Made by a program: the position numbers and the translations under genes. A stretch of 64,000 bases of DNA from a virus, in the IMG/VR virus record IMGVR_UViG_3300035162_004655, positions 3,576-67,575 of that record, one strand, 5' to 3'. The notes under the pieces are model-generated. The model had not been told where the DNA came from and ran no database searches. It saw only the letters and a program-made list of their open reading frames with translations. This document shows, one piece after another, positions 50,601-58,535 of this stretch (position 1 is its first letter; each line of letters opens with the position of its first letter).

Positions 50601-52117
50601 ATACTTTATATCTTTCAAATGTTCAAGGTGAATTTGGTGGAAATGGAAGTGGAAAGGAATTTGCAGTTGGTGCTGCAGTTAGTTATTATAGTGATGCATC
50701 TACAATTGTATCTGCTGCGGGAACAAATATTATAAGTTCTTCTGCAGATGGTGGAGTATATTCTGGAGATTATTTTAAGGTAGATCATTTTAATCATGGA
50801 ATGTATTCTACTACCAACAAATTGGTAATAGATAACATTAAATCCGATGTTCCAACAACTGTATTAAGATCTCAACTAAATGTTGGTGATGTGACAACAA
50901 TCAGTGTTGCTTCTACAGCAAACTTTGTAGTTTTTGAAGGGAAGAGTGTTTCGGGATCATATCCAGGATATGTAAAAATTGGAAATGAAATTATTAAATA
51001 TGAAGGTTTAGGATCCGGAACATTAAATATTAGTAGTAATGGTAGAGGAATTGATAATACTATTGCAGTCAATCACTTTCTAGATGCTGACGTAGAAAAA
51101 TATGAATTTGGTGGAGTTTCATTAAGAAGAGTTAATGGGATAACAACCTCTATTACTTCTCCAATAGATATTGATAGTTATCATGTAAGAATTGATAGAT
51201 CATCTGTTAAAGGAAGTTCGAGATTAAATGATGGATCTACAGCAGGAACTCCTCAATTATCATTTAATGATGAAAAATTGATTGGTGGAGACAATGTTAC
51301 TGCTTCCCAAAACATAATGTATGATGCAATAAATCCAATATATAATATTTTGACACCAGGTTCAACAACTTCTGTAACTGGACAAGTCAGAACTGTAACT
51401 GCAACAAGTGTTAGTGGGAATGAAGTTTCTTTTAATGATAATGGGTATCAACAAATTCAACTAAATGCATTAAATTCTTTAAATTCGGTGAGAATGGTTG
51501 CATCAGAGGTAAATCAAAATGAATATTTGACTTCTTTGCCAAGAAAGAAATCATTTACTACTGCAATCGTATTTAACTCTAATGATCCTAATAATGCATT
51601 ATCTCCAATACTTGATCTTAATCAAGCAAGAACAGAATTTAATATATCTCGTTTAAACAAACCAATTAGTGATTATTCTAGTGATAATCGTGTCAATTCA
51701 ATATTATTCGATCCACATGCTTCTGTATATTATTCAAATATAAATACTCTCAAAAATCCAGCTTCTGGACTAAAAGTTATTATTGCTGCAGAAAGACCGG
51801 GAGATTCTGATTTTAGAGTTCTTTATACTACAATAAAAGCAGATTCTAGTGAAATTAGTCAATCTTACGAACTTTTTCCAGGATATGATAATTTGAAAGA
51901 AACTACTGAAGGATTCTTAGTTGTTGATCCATCTAAAAATAGTGGGTTACCAGACACAAAAGTTAAAGCAAGTCTTGATGGAGAATTTTTGGAATATGAA
52001 TTTACAGTTGAAAATTTAGATTTATTCACTGGATACGGCATTAAGATTGTAATGAATAGTTCAAATCAGGCACAAGCACCTCGTTTAGCAGACCTTAGAG
52101 TAATTGCACTGAGATGA
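44687..52117 (+). CDS. VrlC-like (DUF4815) large virion structural protein
   Basis: TNLN..PYYDDF..VLFKPG.PVQ.RELT.LQSILQ.Q, APGADR-like SPGADRLKI, RYTMRDIG and DPLAQTF motifs. Confidence 0.85.
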   Translation: MSQKTNLNINPYYDDFDSSKNFLKVLFKPGYPVQTRELTTLQSILQNQVGDFGSHMFKEGSMVVPGNIGYDGQFYSVKVNTTQFGVDLSVYIENFVGKTISGQASGVTAKVQKIVLPSESDEVDNITLYVKYLKSNDDFEFSQFIDGELLSANENIVYGNTTISAGSPFASAISSNSTAIASAASVGEGIYFIRGYFIKVSKQTIILDYYTNTPSYRVGLKIDESLINAKEDESLYDNAKGFSNYSSPGADRLKISLSLTKRPLTDTNDTDFVELLRVKNGKVKKITTKTEYNRIRDYLAERTFDESGNYTINQFDLHVEESLNDRLGSDGTFFSNETTDQGNIPSESLAVLKISPGKAYVQGYDIEKISTSIVDVDKPRDTADIKNTTVPFEMGNILRVNNVTGVPKVRETIALYAQFGCSGTQIGEARVYSFTLTDAAYSDAATSWDLRLYDIQTYTRLTLNQSVSSDEIKQSFFVKGNSTGSTGFAVANGSSNQIFLRQTSGTFAKGENLIINGIQSSRSVTEVRAYNTQNIKSVKQIAPFSYSNFEADSILDKFNFPGAVSELTITATGGGISTVTSPGRTFVGIRTDTIIRYQQSGSSLEYFNRISSVAADALSFEISALSSVAGVFNGTLPTSDIQVNGFLGAPIVRGSGSLFAPLAEPNTSSIDLSNSQLFITEQLTGKDVDGTDNTITINTSDISGITDISWVNFDQERFGIGYSGGGIGKITSDSFSLSGNTITIRGLDNTLSNNDTVVNVTAVKNNIQSKTKTYSRSRILSVNGSKLKESGNNAATSKNDGLTYNQYYGLRIQDEEISLNYPDVVKVLSIYESLNESNPTLDIVDFPVISNVGANALIGENIIGTKSNTVARIVTNNTTSPSTGSANKLGVVYLNENKFSIGEAVVFEESKINSQIDSITKGNYNDITGSYVLNRGQKNQYYDYSRIERRKNIHEPSRRLLIIFDHYSVPTTDSGDVFTVDSYDAERFSKDIPNIGGSIRATDTLDFRPRVAIFDPAVTTDRSPFDFNARTSTFNTSPLRLLAPKENAIVSQSFYLPRIDKVYLDILGNFVVEKGISSKNPKPPSKRGDFIELATITYPAYLYNTSNAGIILTDNRRYTMRDIGIIEDRVENLERVTTLSLLEINANTLRIQDAEGRDRFKSGFFVDSFSDNSKFDTFLSTTLVDQSTRTLNPNISRNSLDSLVATLDELSPQELDLNDENLILLDSSIQKTGRALTLAYNEVDWLEQPFATKVENVNPFNIVVYNGTVQLQPEVDSWTRTVQLQDVNINNRFTQEVNLVNNLDLTQNRSFDLPLAPRFRGGGNTGGALQAFAQGLSGTERRSSTASDSFDTVDTFIRNEVVGTPDEEFMRSRNVEFNASNLKPNTRFYQFLDGNSAVDLIPKLIEISNNRGLTGNGASGAFRIGETVIGTVNGQERIRFRVCTPNHKLGPFNSPTSFYNQNPYDSENPNIPSNYNSASKILNVDTASLAQNSQGDFFGYIESGMQLVGQTSQTIAFVKDIRLISDNYGDLIGSFFLRDPNASPRPSTRISTGTKTYRLTSSSTNTPGLPGSNSVSFAETNYTAVATLINFQATVTTNTTTTTINNTINATIGGTVEVGYVDPLAQTFTVGGNIQVKSDIDTEDDVNGVFLTSVDIYFASIDSGTAPVTVQVRSTLLGTPTLEVIGNSSVTLRPRSVDENGVETQLIQTSDTGEIATNVKFPEPIFLAPGREYAIVLLSAQSDEYEVWTAVMGEKTVNTQSLPDVDQVIYTQQFALGALFKSQNGSVWTTDQNQDLKFKLYKAEFTETTGSVYFYNPPLDESNGYIRRLNSSPITILPKTGKIGIVTTENSSFIGIVTVGRKLAGSNNGGSAIVVGQGSSVSSVSLTDAGANYPASVTNQIVSTYNISGKGENLKLLITTNSNGVITGVGHSTLDFGSGYQVGNLVGIQTSTTSKQTGRDATVTITGITGLNTLYLSNVQGEFGGNGSGKEFAVGAAVSYYSDASTIVSAAGTNIISSSADGGVYSGDYFKVDHFNHGMYSTTNKLVIDNIKSDVPTTVLRSQLNVGDVTTISVASTANFVVFEGKSVSGSYPGYVKIGNEIIKYEGLGSGTLNISSNGRGIDNTIAVNHFLDADVEKYEFGGVSLRRVNGITTSITSPIDIDSYHVRIDRSSVKGSSRLNDGSTAGTPQLSFNDEKLIGGDNVTASQNIMYDAINPIYNILTPGSTTSVTGQVRTVTATSVSGNEVSFNDNGYQQIQLNALNSLNSVRMVASEVNQNEYLTSLPRKKSFTTAIVFNSNDPNNALSPILDLNQARTEFNISRLNKPISDYSSDNRVNSILFDPHASVYYSNINTLKNPASGLKVIIAAERPGDSDFRVLYTTIKADSSEISQSYELFPGYDNLKETTEGFLVVDPSKNSGLPDTKVKASLDGEFLEYEFTVENLDLFTGYGIKIVMNSSNQAQAPRLADLRVIALR

Positions 52118-52311
52118 TAAAAGTAAAGGGACATTCAAATCTGTATAGAGATGAAAATACTGGTAGTATTATAAATTGTGATACTACCAATTATAACCAA
52201 TATGTAAATTCTCTTACACAAAAAGAATTGCGTAAAAAAGAATTGAATGATATGAAAAAGGATATTGAGGAGATTAAAACACTTCTTAAACAATTAATTG
52301 AAAATAACTAG
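52114..52311 (+). CDS. Small conserved hypothetical protein
   Basis: KVKGHSNLYRDENTGSIIN plus a coiled coil; usual partner downstream of the VrlC-like gene. Confidence 0.8.
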   Translation: MIKVKGHSNLYRDENTGSIINCDTTNYNQYVNSLTQKELRKKELNDMKKDIEEIKTLLKQLIENN

Positions 52312-52324
52312 CCAATCAAATTCA

Positions 52325-52332
52325 TATAAATA
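52325..52332 (+). promoter_or_regulatory. Late promoter TATAAATA
   Basis: Perfect box upstream of 52361. Confidence 0.75.
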
Positions 52333-52360
52333 TCTAAAGGTATGTTAGCACCATAAAATA

Positions 52361-52696
52361 ATGTCTGTTTATGTATCAAATATTGTGATTGAGCAGGGAT
52401 ATGATTTTGATACGTCTTTTCAATTAGAGGATACTAGATCCGGAACCCCATTAATACTATCTAATGCTTCTCTTGAAGCAAAGTTGAGAAAGCATTATGG
52501 ATCCACTACAGCAGTATCTTTTGCATCATCAATTACTGACCCAAATTTGGGAATTATTCAAGTATCATTAGGTTCAACTTTATCTGTTGATCTAAAACCT
52601 GGAAGATATGTATTTGATGTGAAAATTACAAATTATGGTAAAGAATATAAAGCTGTCGAGGGTGCAGCACTAGTACGAGGGGGAGTAACCAGGTAA
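52361..52696 (+). CDS. Small virion structural protein
   Basis: NIVIEQG.DF...LRKH...LKPGRYVFDV...EG.A.VR.GVTR. Confidence 0.75.
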   Translation: MSVYVSNIVIEQGYDFDTSFQLEDTRSGTPLILSNASLEAKLRKHYGSTTAVSFASSITDPNLGIIQVSLGSTLSVDLKPGRYVFDVKITNYGKEYKAVEGAALVRGGVTR

Positions 52697-53586
52697 TGCC
52701 TAGTATTAACGACAGAATTGGATCTCAGAATGTAATTCGTGTTTTATCCAATGCTTCAGCACCACCAACATCTTTAATTAGTTTAACTGATGTAGATAGC
52801 ACTCTAGTAACTAGAGATGGGATGATCCTTGTATGGGATCTTTCTACAGAAAAATTCTATATGACGGATACGATTGATTCGTCATCCTTAAATATTACTG
52901 GCATTGCAACATTTTCAAATACTACAAATTCCACTGCACCTACAAATGGTGCATTAGTTGTTAATGGTGGAATTGGAATAGCAAAACAAGTTTATATTGG
53001 TGAAGGTATTTCGGTTGCAGGTATTGCAACTTTCTCTTCTAACGTAGATATAAATGCTGCTGTTGATATTCTTAATGGAGTTACCGCACAATCGACGTTC
53101 AAATCTGTTGGAGTTACGACTCTTGCTTCTTCTGGAGGTATTACCACAACTGGTGGAGATTTGTATGTTGCGGGTGATCTTAATGTAACTGGTGATCTTG
53201 TTTATGATGAAGCTAGTGCAAGAAATTGGAATATCTCTGGTATTGCAACTGTAGGAACCTTACTGAATGTAAGTGGAAATACTAACCTTACTAAAGTAAA
53301 TGTTTCTGGAATATCTACTTTTGTTGGAGTATCTACTTTTAAGAGTGATTTATATGTTGATGGAAGTTTAAATGTTATTGGTGATATTGTTGGGTCAGTA
53401 ACTGGTAATTTTATTGGTAGAAATTTAAATATCTCTGGTATTGCAACTATAGGAAATTTATTAGATCTTAATGGTAATTTACATGTAGCAGGAGTATCTA
53501 CTTTTGTTGGTGTTGCAACATATTCTGATAATTTATTTGTTTCTGGAACACTAACTGCTGGACTTATTGATGGAGGTACATACTAA
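52696..53586 (+). CDS. Fibre-like structural protein
   Basis: LTDVD motif, repeated (V/I)SG(I/V)(A/S)T(F/V), C-terminal IDGGTY. Confidence 0.7.
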   Translation: MPSINDRIGSQNVIRVLSNASAPPTSLISLTDVDSTLVTRDGMILVWDLSTEKFYMTDTIDSSSLNITGIATFSNTTNSTAPTNGALVVNGGIGIAKQVYIGEGISVAGIATFSSNVDINAAVDILNGVTAQSTFKSVGVTTLASSGGITTTGGDLYVAGDLNVTGDLVYDEASARNWNISGIATVGTLLNVSGNTNLTKVNVSGISTFVGVSTFKSDLYVDGSLNVIGDIVGSVTGNFIGRNLNISGIATIGNLLDLNGNLHVAGVSTFVGVATYSDNLFVSGTLTAGLIDGGTY

Positions 53587-54428
53587 TGGCAAAACCTACT
53601 ACTAGAAAAGAACTTGTCGATTATTGTTTAAGACAACTTGGAGCACCAGTTCTTGAGATAAATGTTGCTGATGAGCAAGTAGATGACTTGGTTGATGATA
53701 CTCTTCAATATTTTAATGAGAGACATTATGATGGTGTTGAGAAAATGTATCTCAAGTATAAAGTTACTGAGGATGATATCAATAGAGGAAGAGCTACAGG
53801 AACAACTGGAGTAGGTATTGTAACAACAACTGGAACTGCGAATGTTGTTGGTTTTGGGACAACCACTTTTAATTTTTATGAAACTTCAAACTATATTCAA
53901 GTTCCAGATTCTGTTATAGGTGTCGAAAAAATATTTAAGTTTGATACTAGCACAATCTCCGGAGGAATGTTTAGTATTAAATATCAATTATTTTTAAATG
54001 ATCTTTATTATTTCAATTCAGTTGATTTATTAACATATGCAATGACCAAATCTTATCTGGAAGATATTGATTTTTTACTGACGACAGAAAAACAAGTAAG
54101 ATTTAATAAGAGACAGGATAGATTATATTTAGATATTGATTGGAAAGCACAAACTAAAGATACTTATCTTGTTCTTGAATGTTATAGAGCACTTGATCCC
54201 GAAAGTTTTTCGCAAGTTTATAATGATAGTTTTGTTAAAAAATATCTTACTGCATTAATAAAAAAACAGTGGGGACAAAATTTAATCAAGTTTCAAGGTG
54301 TAAAACTTCCTGGTGGAATTGAATTAAATGGTCGTGCAATATTAGAAGATGGACAAAGAGATTTAGAAGATATTAAACAGAGAATGTCCTCCGAATATGA
54401 ACTGCCACCTCTAGATTTTATTGGATAA
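53586..54428 (+). CDS. g13: Neck protein gp13
   Basis: YCLRQLGAPVLEINV..Q..D and KQWGQNLIKF.GV.LPGG..LNG motifs. Confidence 0.93.
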   Translation: MAKPTTRKELVDYCLRQLGAPVLEINVADEQVDDLVDDTLQYFNERHYDGVEKMYLKYKVTEDDINRGRATGTTGVGIVTTTGTANVVGFGTTTFNFYETSNYIQVPDSVIGVEKIFKFDTSTISGGMFSIKYQLFLNDLYYFNSVDLLTYAMTKSYLEDIDFLLTTEKQVRFNKRQDRLYLDIDWKAQTKDTYLVLECYRALDPESFSQVYNDSFVKKYLTALIKKQWGQNLIKFQGVKLPGGIELNGRAILEDGQRDLEDIKQRMSSEYELPPLDFIG

Positions 54429-54433
54429 TTATT

Positions 54434-55870
54434 ATGACATTAAATCCATTTTTTCTTCAAGGATCCCCAAATGAACAATTTCTTGTTCAGGATTTAATTA
54501 ATGAGCAATTAAAAATATATGGTATAGAAGTTTATTATTTACCTAGAAAGGTTTTTAAAACTGATAATATTATTAAAGAAATACAATCATCAAAATTTGA
54601 TGATAGTTTTTTAATAGAAGCATATTTGAATAATTATGATGGATATGCTCCTGATAGTGATATCATGACTAAATTTGGTCTTAGACTGAAAAATGAAATA
54701 AATTTAACTATATCGAGAGAACGATATGAAGAATTTATTGTACCATTTTTAGAAGGAATATCTTCAGCAACTAATCTTGAACGTGATGAATATGATTTTG
54801 TAGGATTAATTGAAAGACCCAAGGAAGGAGATTTAATTTACTTTCCTCTTGGAGAAAGACTTTTTGAAATTAAAAGAGTCGAATCTGAAAAACCTTTTTA
54901 TCAATTAGGAACAAATTATGTTTATGAATTAAGTTGCGAACTTTATGAATATGAAAATGAACTTATTGATACAAGTATCGAAGAAGTTGATAGTACTGTT
55001 GAAGATGAAGGATATATTACATCCTTAAATCTTGTTGGATCGGCAGTTACTGCTTTTGCAACGGCGTCAATTTCTTCTGGTGCTATTAGTGAAATATTCT
55101 TGAATAATGATGGTAGTGGATATAGTTCTACACCGACTGTGACATTTTCAAATCCACCTAATTTTCAAGGTGGTGGTAAGACTGCTGAAGCAGTTGCTAT
55201 TACGACTAATATTGGCAATGTTCAATCTATTCAAAGACTTGAAATAACTAATTCTGGTTCTGGATATGTAACACCCCCAACAATTACGATAAGTGGAGGT
55301 GGTGGATCGGGTGCAGCTGCCACATGTTCTGTTGGGACAACACAATTCAGTGTTTCTGAAATTGTAATTACTGGATCTGGCCGTGGATATACAACATCAC
55401 CTATAGTTACAATTAGTGGACCTGGAACTGGAGTAACTGCAACTGCAGTTGCAAGAATAAATTCGAATACTGAAATTGATTCAATCAGAATTCTGAAACC
55501 AGGTATTGGATATACTGAGGCACCTACTATTTCTATAACAGGATTATCTGCAATTGGTGTAGGAACTTATGTTTATAATGAAACTGTAACAGGAGAAATT
55601 TCTGGAACAACTGCAGTAGTTAGAGATTTTGTAACGATTGAATCTAGGTCTTCAGGTGTTCCTGACAAGAAACTATTAAGAGTTTCACTAAATACTGGTG
55701 AATTTGGTTCTGATGAAGTTGTAGTGGGATCAATTTCAGGAGCCAGATATGTGGTTCAAAACTATGATAATGAAAGTTATGACAATCCATATGATTCAAA
55801 TGAAGAATTTGAATTAGAGGCAGATGATATTTTAGATTTCTCAGAGTCAAATCCATTTGGTAATTATTAA
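54434..55870 (+). CDS. g14: Neck protein gp14
   Basis: LNPFF, EQL.IYG..VYYLPR, RPKEGDLIYFP, PFYQLG and DFSESNPFG motifs. Confidence 0.93.
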   Translation: MTLNPFFLQGSPNEQFLVQDLINEQLKIYGIEVYYLPRKVFKTDNIIKEIQSSKFDDSFLIEAYLNNYDGYAPDSDIMTKFGLRLKNEINLTISRERYEEFIVPFLEGISSATNLERDEYDFVGLIERPKEGDLIYFPLGERLFEIKRVESEKPFYQLGTNYVYELSCELYEYENELIDTSIEEVDSTVEDEGYITSLNLVGSAVTAFATASISSGAISEIFLNNDGSGYSSTPTVTFSNPPNFQGGGKTAEAVAITTNIGNVQSIQRLEITNSGSGYVTPPTITISGGGGSGAAATCSVGTTQFSVSEIVITGSGRGYTTSPIVTISGPGTGVTATAVARINSNTEIDSIRILKPGIGYTEAPTISITGLSAIGVGTYVYNETVTGEISGTTAVVRDFVTIESRSSGVPDKKLLRVSLNTGEFGSDEVVVGSISGARYVVQNYDNESYDNPYDSNEEFELEADDILDFSESNPFGNY

Positions 55871-56673
55871 TGTTAGGAACTTACTTTTATCACGAAATCA
55901 TAAGAAAAACTATTATTAGTTTTGGAACTTTGTTCAATGATATTTCAATTCGTCATACAAAAAGTGATGGTAGTATTTTAGATGAGACAAAAGTTGGTCT
56001 TTCTTATGGGCCAATGCAAAAATTTCTTGCAAAAATTGAACAGCAAGAACAGTTAACAAAATCTGTTGCAATCACTCTTCCTAGAATGTCATTTGAAATG
56101 ACAAATATTCAGTATGATTCTACCAGAAAAACTGGAGTTACTCAAACATTTAAGGCAAAAGATGCTACTGATAATAAAACAAAAAAAGTATACATGCCGG
56201 TTCCATATAATATTGGATTCGAACTTAATATTTTTACCAAGTTAAATGATGATGCTCTTCAAATTGTTGAGCAGATACTTCCTTTTTTCCAACCATCTTT
56301 TAATTTAACTGTAGATTTAGTCAGTTCTATTGGAGAAAAAAGAGATATTCCAATTGTTCTTGATAGTATTGATTTTCAAGATGATTATGAAGGATCATTC
56401 CAAACGAGAAGAGCATTAATTTACACTTTAAGATTTACTGCCAAAACTTATCTGTTCGGTTCTATTGCTGAAACTTCCGAAGGTCTTATTACTAAAGTTC
56501 AGGCAGATGTTTATGCCGATACTAATACAAAGACCGCAAAACGTGAAATGAGATATACTGCTGTTCCCGATCCCATTACTGCAGAACCTGGTGATGATTT
56601 TGGATTTACAGAGAGTTGGGAATTTTTAGGAGACTCCAAAGATTATAGTCCTACTAGACAGGAAGATATTTAA
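55870..56673 (+). CDS. g15: Tail sheath stabiliser / terminator gp15
   Basis: YFYHEIIRK...FGTLFN, LPRMSFE, PVPYN and QIVEQILPFFQP motifs. Confidence 0.93.
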   Translation: MLGTYFYHEIIRKTIISFGTLFNDISIRHTKSDGSILDETKVGLSYGPMQKFLAKIEQQEQLTKSVAITLPRMSFEMTNIQYDSTRKTGVTQTFKAKDATDNKTKKVYMPVPYNIGFELNIFTKLNDDALQIVEQILPFFQPSFNLTVDLVSSIGEKRDIPIVLDSIDFQDDYEGSFQTRRALIYTLRFTAKTYLFGSIAETSEGLITKVQADVYADTNTKTAKREMRYTAVPDPITAEPGDDFGFTESWEFLGDSKDYSPTRQEDI

Positions 56674-56675
56674 TT

Positions 56676-57095
56676 ATGAATAATAATTATGATTCAATCG
56701 ATGAGGCTCTGAATATTGATAGTGATATTGTTGAGTCAAAACCAATCAAAAAATCGGAGATTATAAAATCTAAGGATGATGATATAGAGAAAGATTATAT
56801 CTATAGTCGTGCGAACCTCTATTCCCTCATAGAGAAGGGTCAGGAGGCAATTAATGGTATTATGGAGGTAGCAGGGGAAGGAGGTAGTCCAAGGGCATAC
56901 GAGGTCGCAGGACAGTTGATTAAGAGTGTTGCAGATACTACTGATAAGTTGATTGACTTACAGAAGAAACTTAAGGATGTAGAAGATGAAACTAAGAAAA
57001 CTACAAATAATGTTACTAATAATGCAGTGTTTGTTGGATCGACATCAGAACTTCAAAAAATGCTCAAGCAAGGTTTTCTAAATAATAAAGAATAA
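56676..57095 (+). CDS. g16: Terminase small subunit gp16
   Basis: DY.YSR.NLY.LIEKG, PRAYEV and NNAVFVGSTSELQK motifs. Confidence 0.92.
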   Translation: MNNNYDSIDEALNIDSDIVESKPIKKSEIIKSKDDDIEKDYIYSRANLYSLIEKGQEAINGIMEVAGEGGSPRAYEVAGQLIKSVADTTDKLIDLQKKLKDVEDETKKTTNNVTNNAVFVGSTSELQKMLKQGFLNNKE

Positions 57096-57109
57096 ACTAC
57101 TTTTCATTG

Positions 57110-58510
57110 ATGAAAAAGTGTAAGCAAGGATACTATTATTGTTATACAGACAAAAAATGTAAACGAATTCCGATGGGATATCGTGTGGCATCTAGTGGTT
57201 ATCTTCGCAAAGAAAACGGAGAAGAATCTGGAGAAGATGGTGATAATAATGGGAACGGTAATGGAAATGGTGGAAATGGAAACGGTAATGGTAATGGTGG
57301 AAATGGAAATGGTGGAGGAGTAAGTGAATCGAAAAGTGGTGATAGTTCTTTGCGTGACTGGTTTGGCAAGAGTAGGTCTAGTGATGGCAAGCCTGGTTGG
57401 GTTCAATTGGGTGGTAAATATGCCGGAAAACCCTGTGCCAAACAACCAGGACAAACTACAAAACCAAAGTGTGGTTCTTCAAAAATGAAAAGAAATCTAG
57501 ATAAAGATGAAGAGAGAGCAGCATTTAATAGAAAGCAACGTCAAGATCCAAATCCAGATAGAAAAGGGAAGGCAATCAACGTGAAGACAGAAGAAACTGT
57601 AATAGAAAAGGCAGGAGAAAAAGATGCCTGTTATAAGAAGGTCAAGAGTAGATACAGTGTTTGGCCTTCTGCATATGCATCCGGAGCACTTGTAAAGTGT
57701 CGTAAGGTTGGTGCTGCTAACTGGGGAAATAAGTCAGAGTCTGTAGAGTATTCTGATTGGAGAAATGATTTTCAGGCAATGGAATATGAGTTCGTTGATA
57801 TTATCAAACCAGAACCCATTAAAGGTGGACAAGAGCAGATTGATGAGGGACAAAAGTGTTGGAAAGGTTATGAGAAGAAAGGAACCAAAAAGATGTTTGG
57901 TAAAGTTGTAAATAATTGTGTAAAGAAGGAAGGGTATGATGTTGGTGATATCGACCAAAAAATTGGTGCAGTAACTCCTATTCCTAAAGATGAGAGGGAA
58001 GCAGCAAAACAAAGATTACTTGCTAAGGCAAAAGCAAAACGTGAAAAAATGAAGGAAGAAAAAGAAGAATCTAAAGTCGGTGGTGGCAACTTGAAGAAAC
58101 TTACGGCAAAAGCAGTAAGAAGAATTGATGCCGATGTGGATGGTGATGTAGATACTGATGATATGAAGTCTTCAGAGACTGGAGAGTTTGTTCCTTCTCC
58201 TGATGGTAAGAAAAAATTAAAACCAAAGGTAAGATTTGAACAGTCTGATTGGAAGAGTGAACTTGAAGAGGGTGCTGCCTGGACTAAAAAATCAGGTAAG
58301 AGTAAGTCTGGTGGACTAAATGAAAAGGGTCGTAAGTCTTATGAAGCAGAAAATCCCGGTTCTGATCTAAAAGCACCTAGTAAAAAAGTTGGTAATCCTC
58401 GTAGGAAAAGTTTTTGTGCAAGAATGAAGGGAATGCGAAAGAGACAAAAACCTTCTAATAACACTGGTGATGATAGATTGTCCAAATCATTAAGAGCTTG
58501 GAATTGTTAA
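57110..58510 (+). CDS. Multi-module basic protein with C-terminal DUF6321-like domain
   Basis: Several small K/R/C-rich modules separated by acidic linkers; C-terminal GGLNEKGR...RRKSFCARM...RAWNC. Confidence 0.7.
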   Translation: MKKCKQGYYYCYTDKKCKRIPMGYRVASSGYLRKENGEESGEDGDNNGNGNGNGGNGNGNGNGGNGNGGGVSESKSGDSSLRDWFGKSRSSDGKPGWVQLGGKYAGKPCAKQPGQTTKPKCGSSKMKRNLDKDEERAAFNRKQRQDPNPDRKGKAINVKTEETVIEKAGEKDACYKKVKSRYSVWPSAYASGALVKCRKVGAANWGNKSESVEYSDWRNDFQAMEYEFVDIIKPEPIKGGQEQIDEGQKCWKGYEKKGTKKMFGKVVNNCVKKEGYDVGDIDQKIGAVTPIPKDEREAAKQRLLAKAKAKREKMKEEKEESKVGGGNLKKLTAKAVRRIDADVDGDVDTDDMKSSETGEFVPSPDGKKKLKPKVRFEQSDWKSELEEGAAWTKKSGKSKSGGLNEKGRKSYEAENPGSDLKAPSKKVGNPRRKSFCARMKGMRKRQKPSNNTGDDRLSKSLRAWNC

Positions 58511-58535
58511 TTAAAAAATATTATATAAAAAGAAT

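Noticed and set aside
57251-57320. GGN-AAY low-complexity repeat
   Set aside because: It encodes a Gly-Asn linker with varied codons, so it is not a slippage switch.
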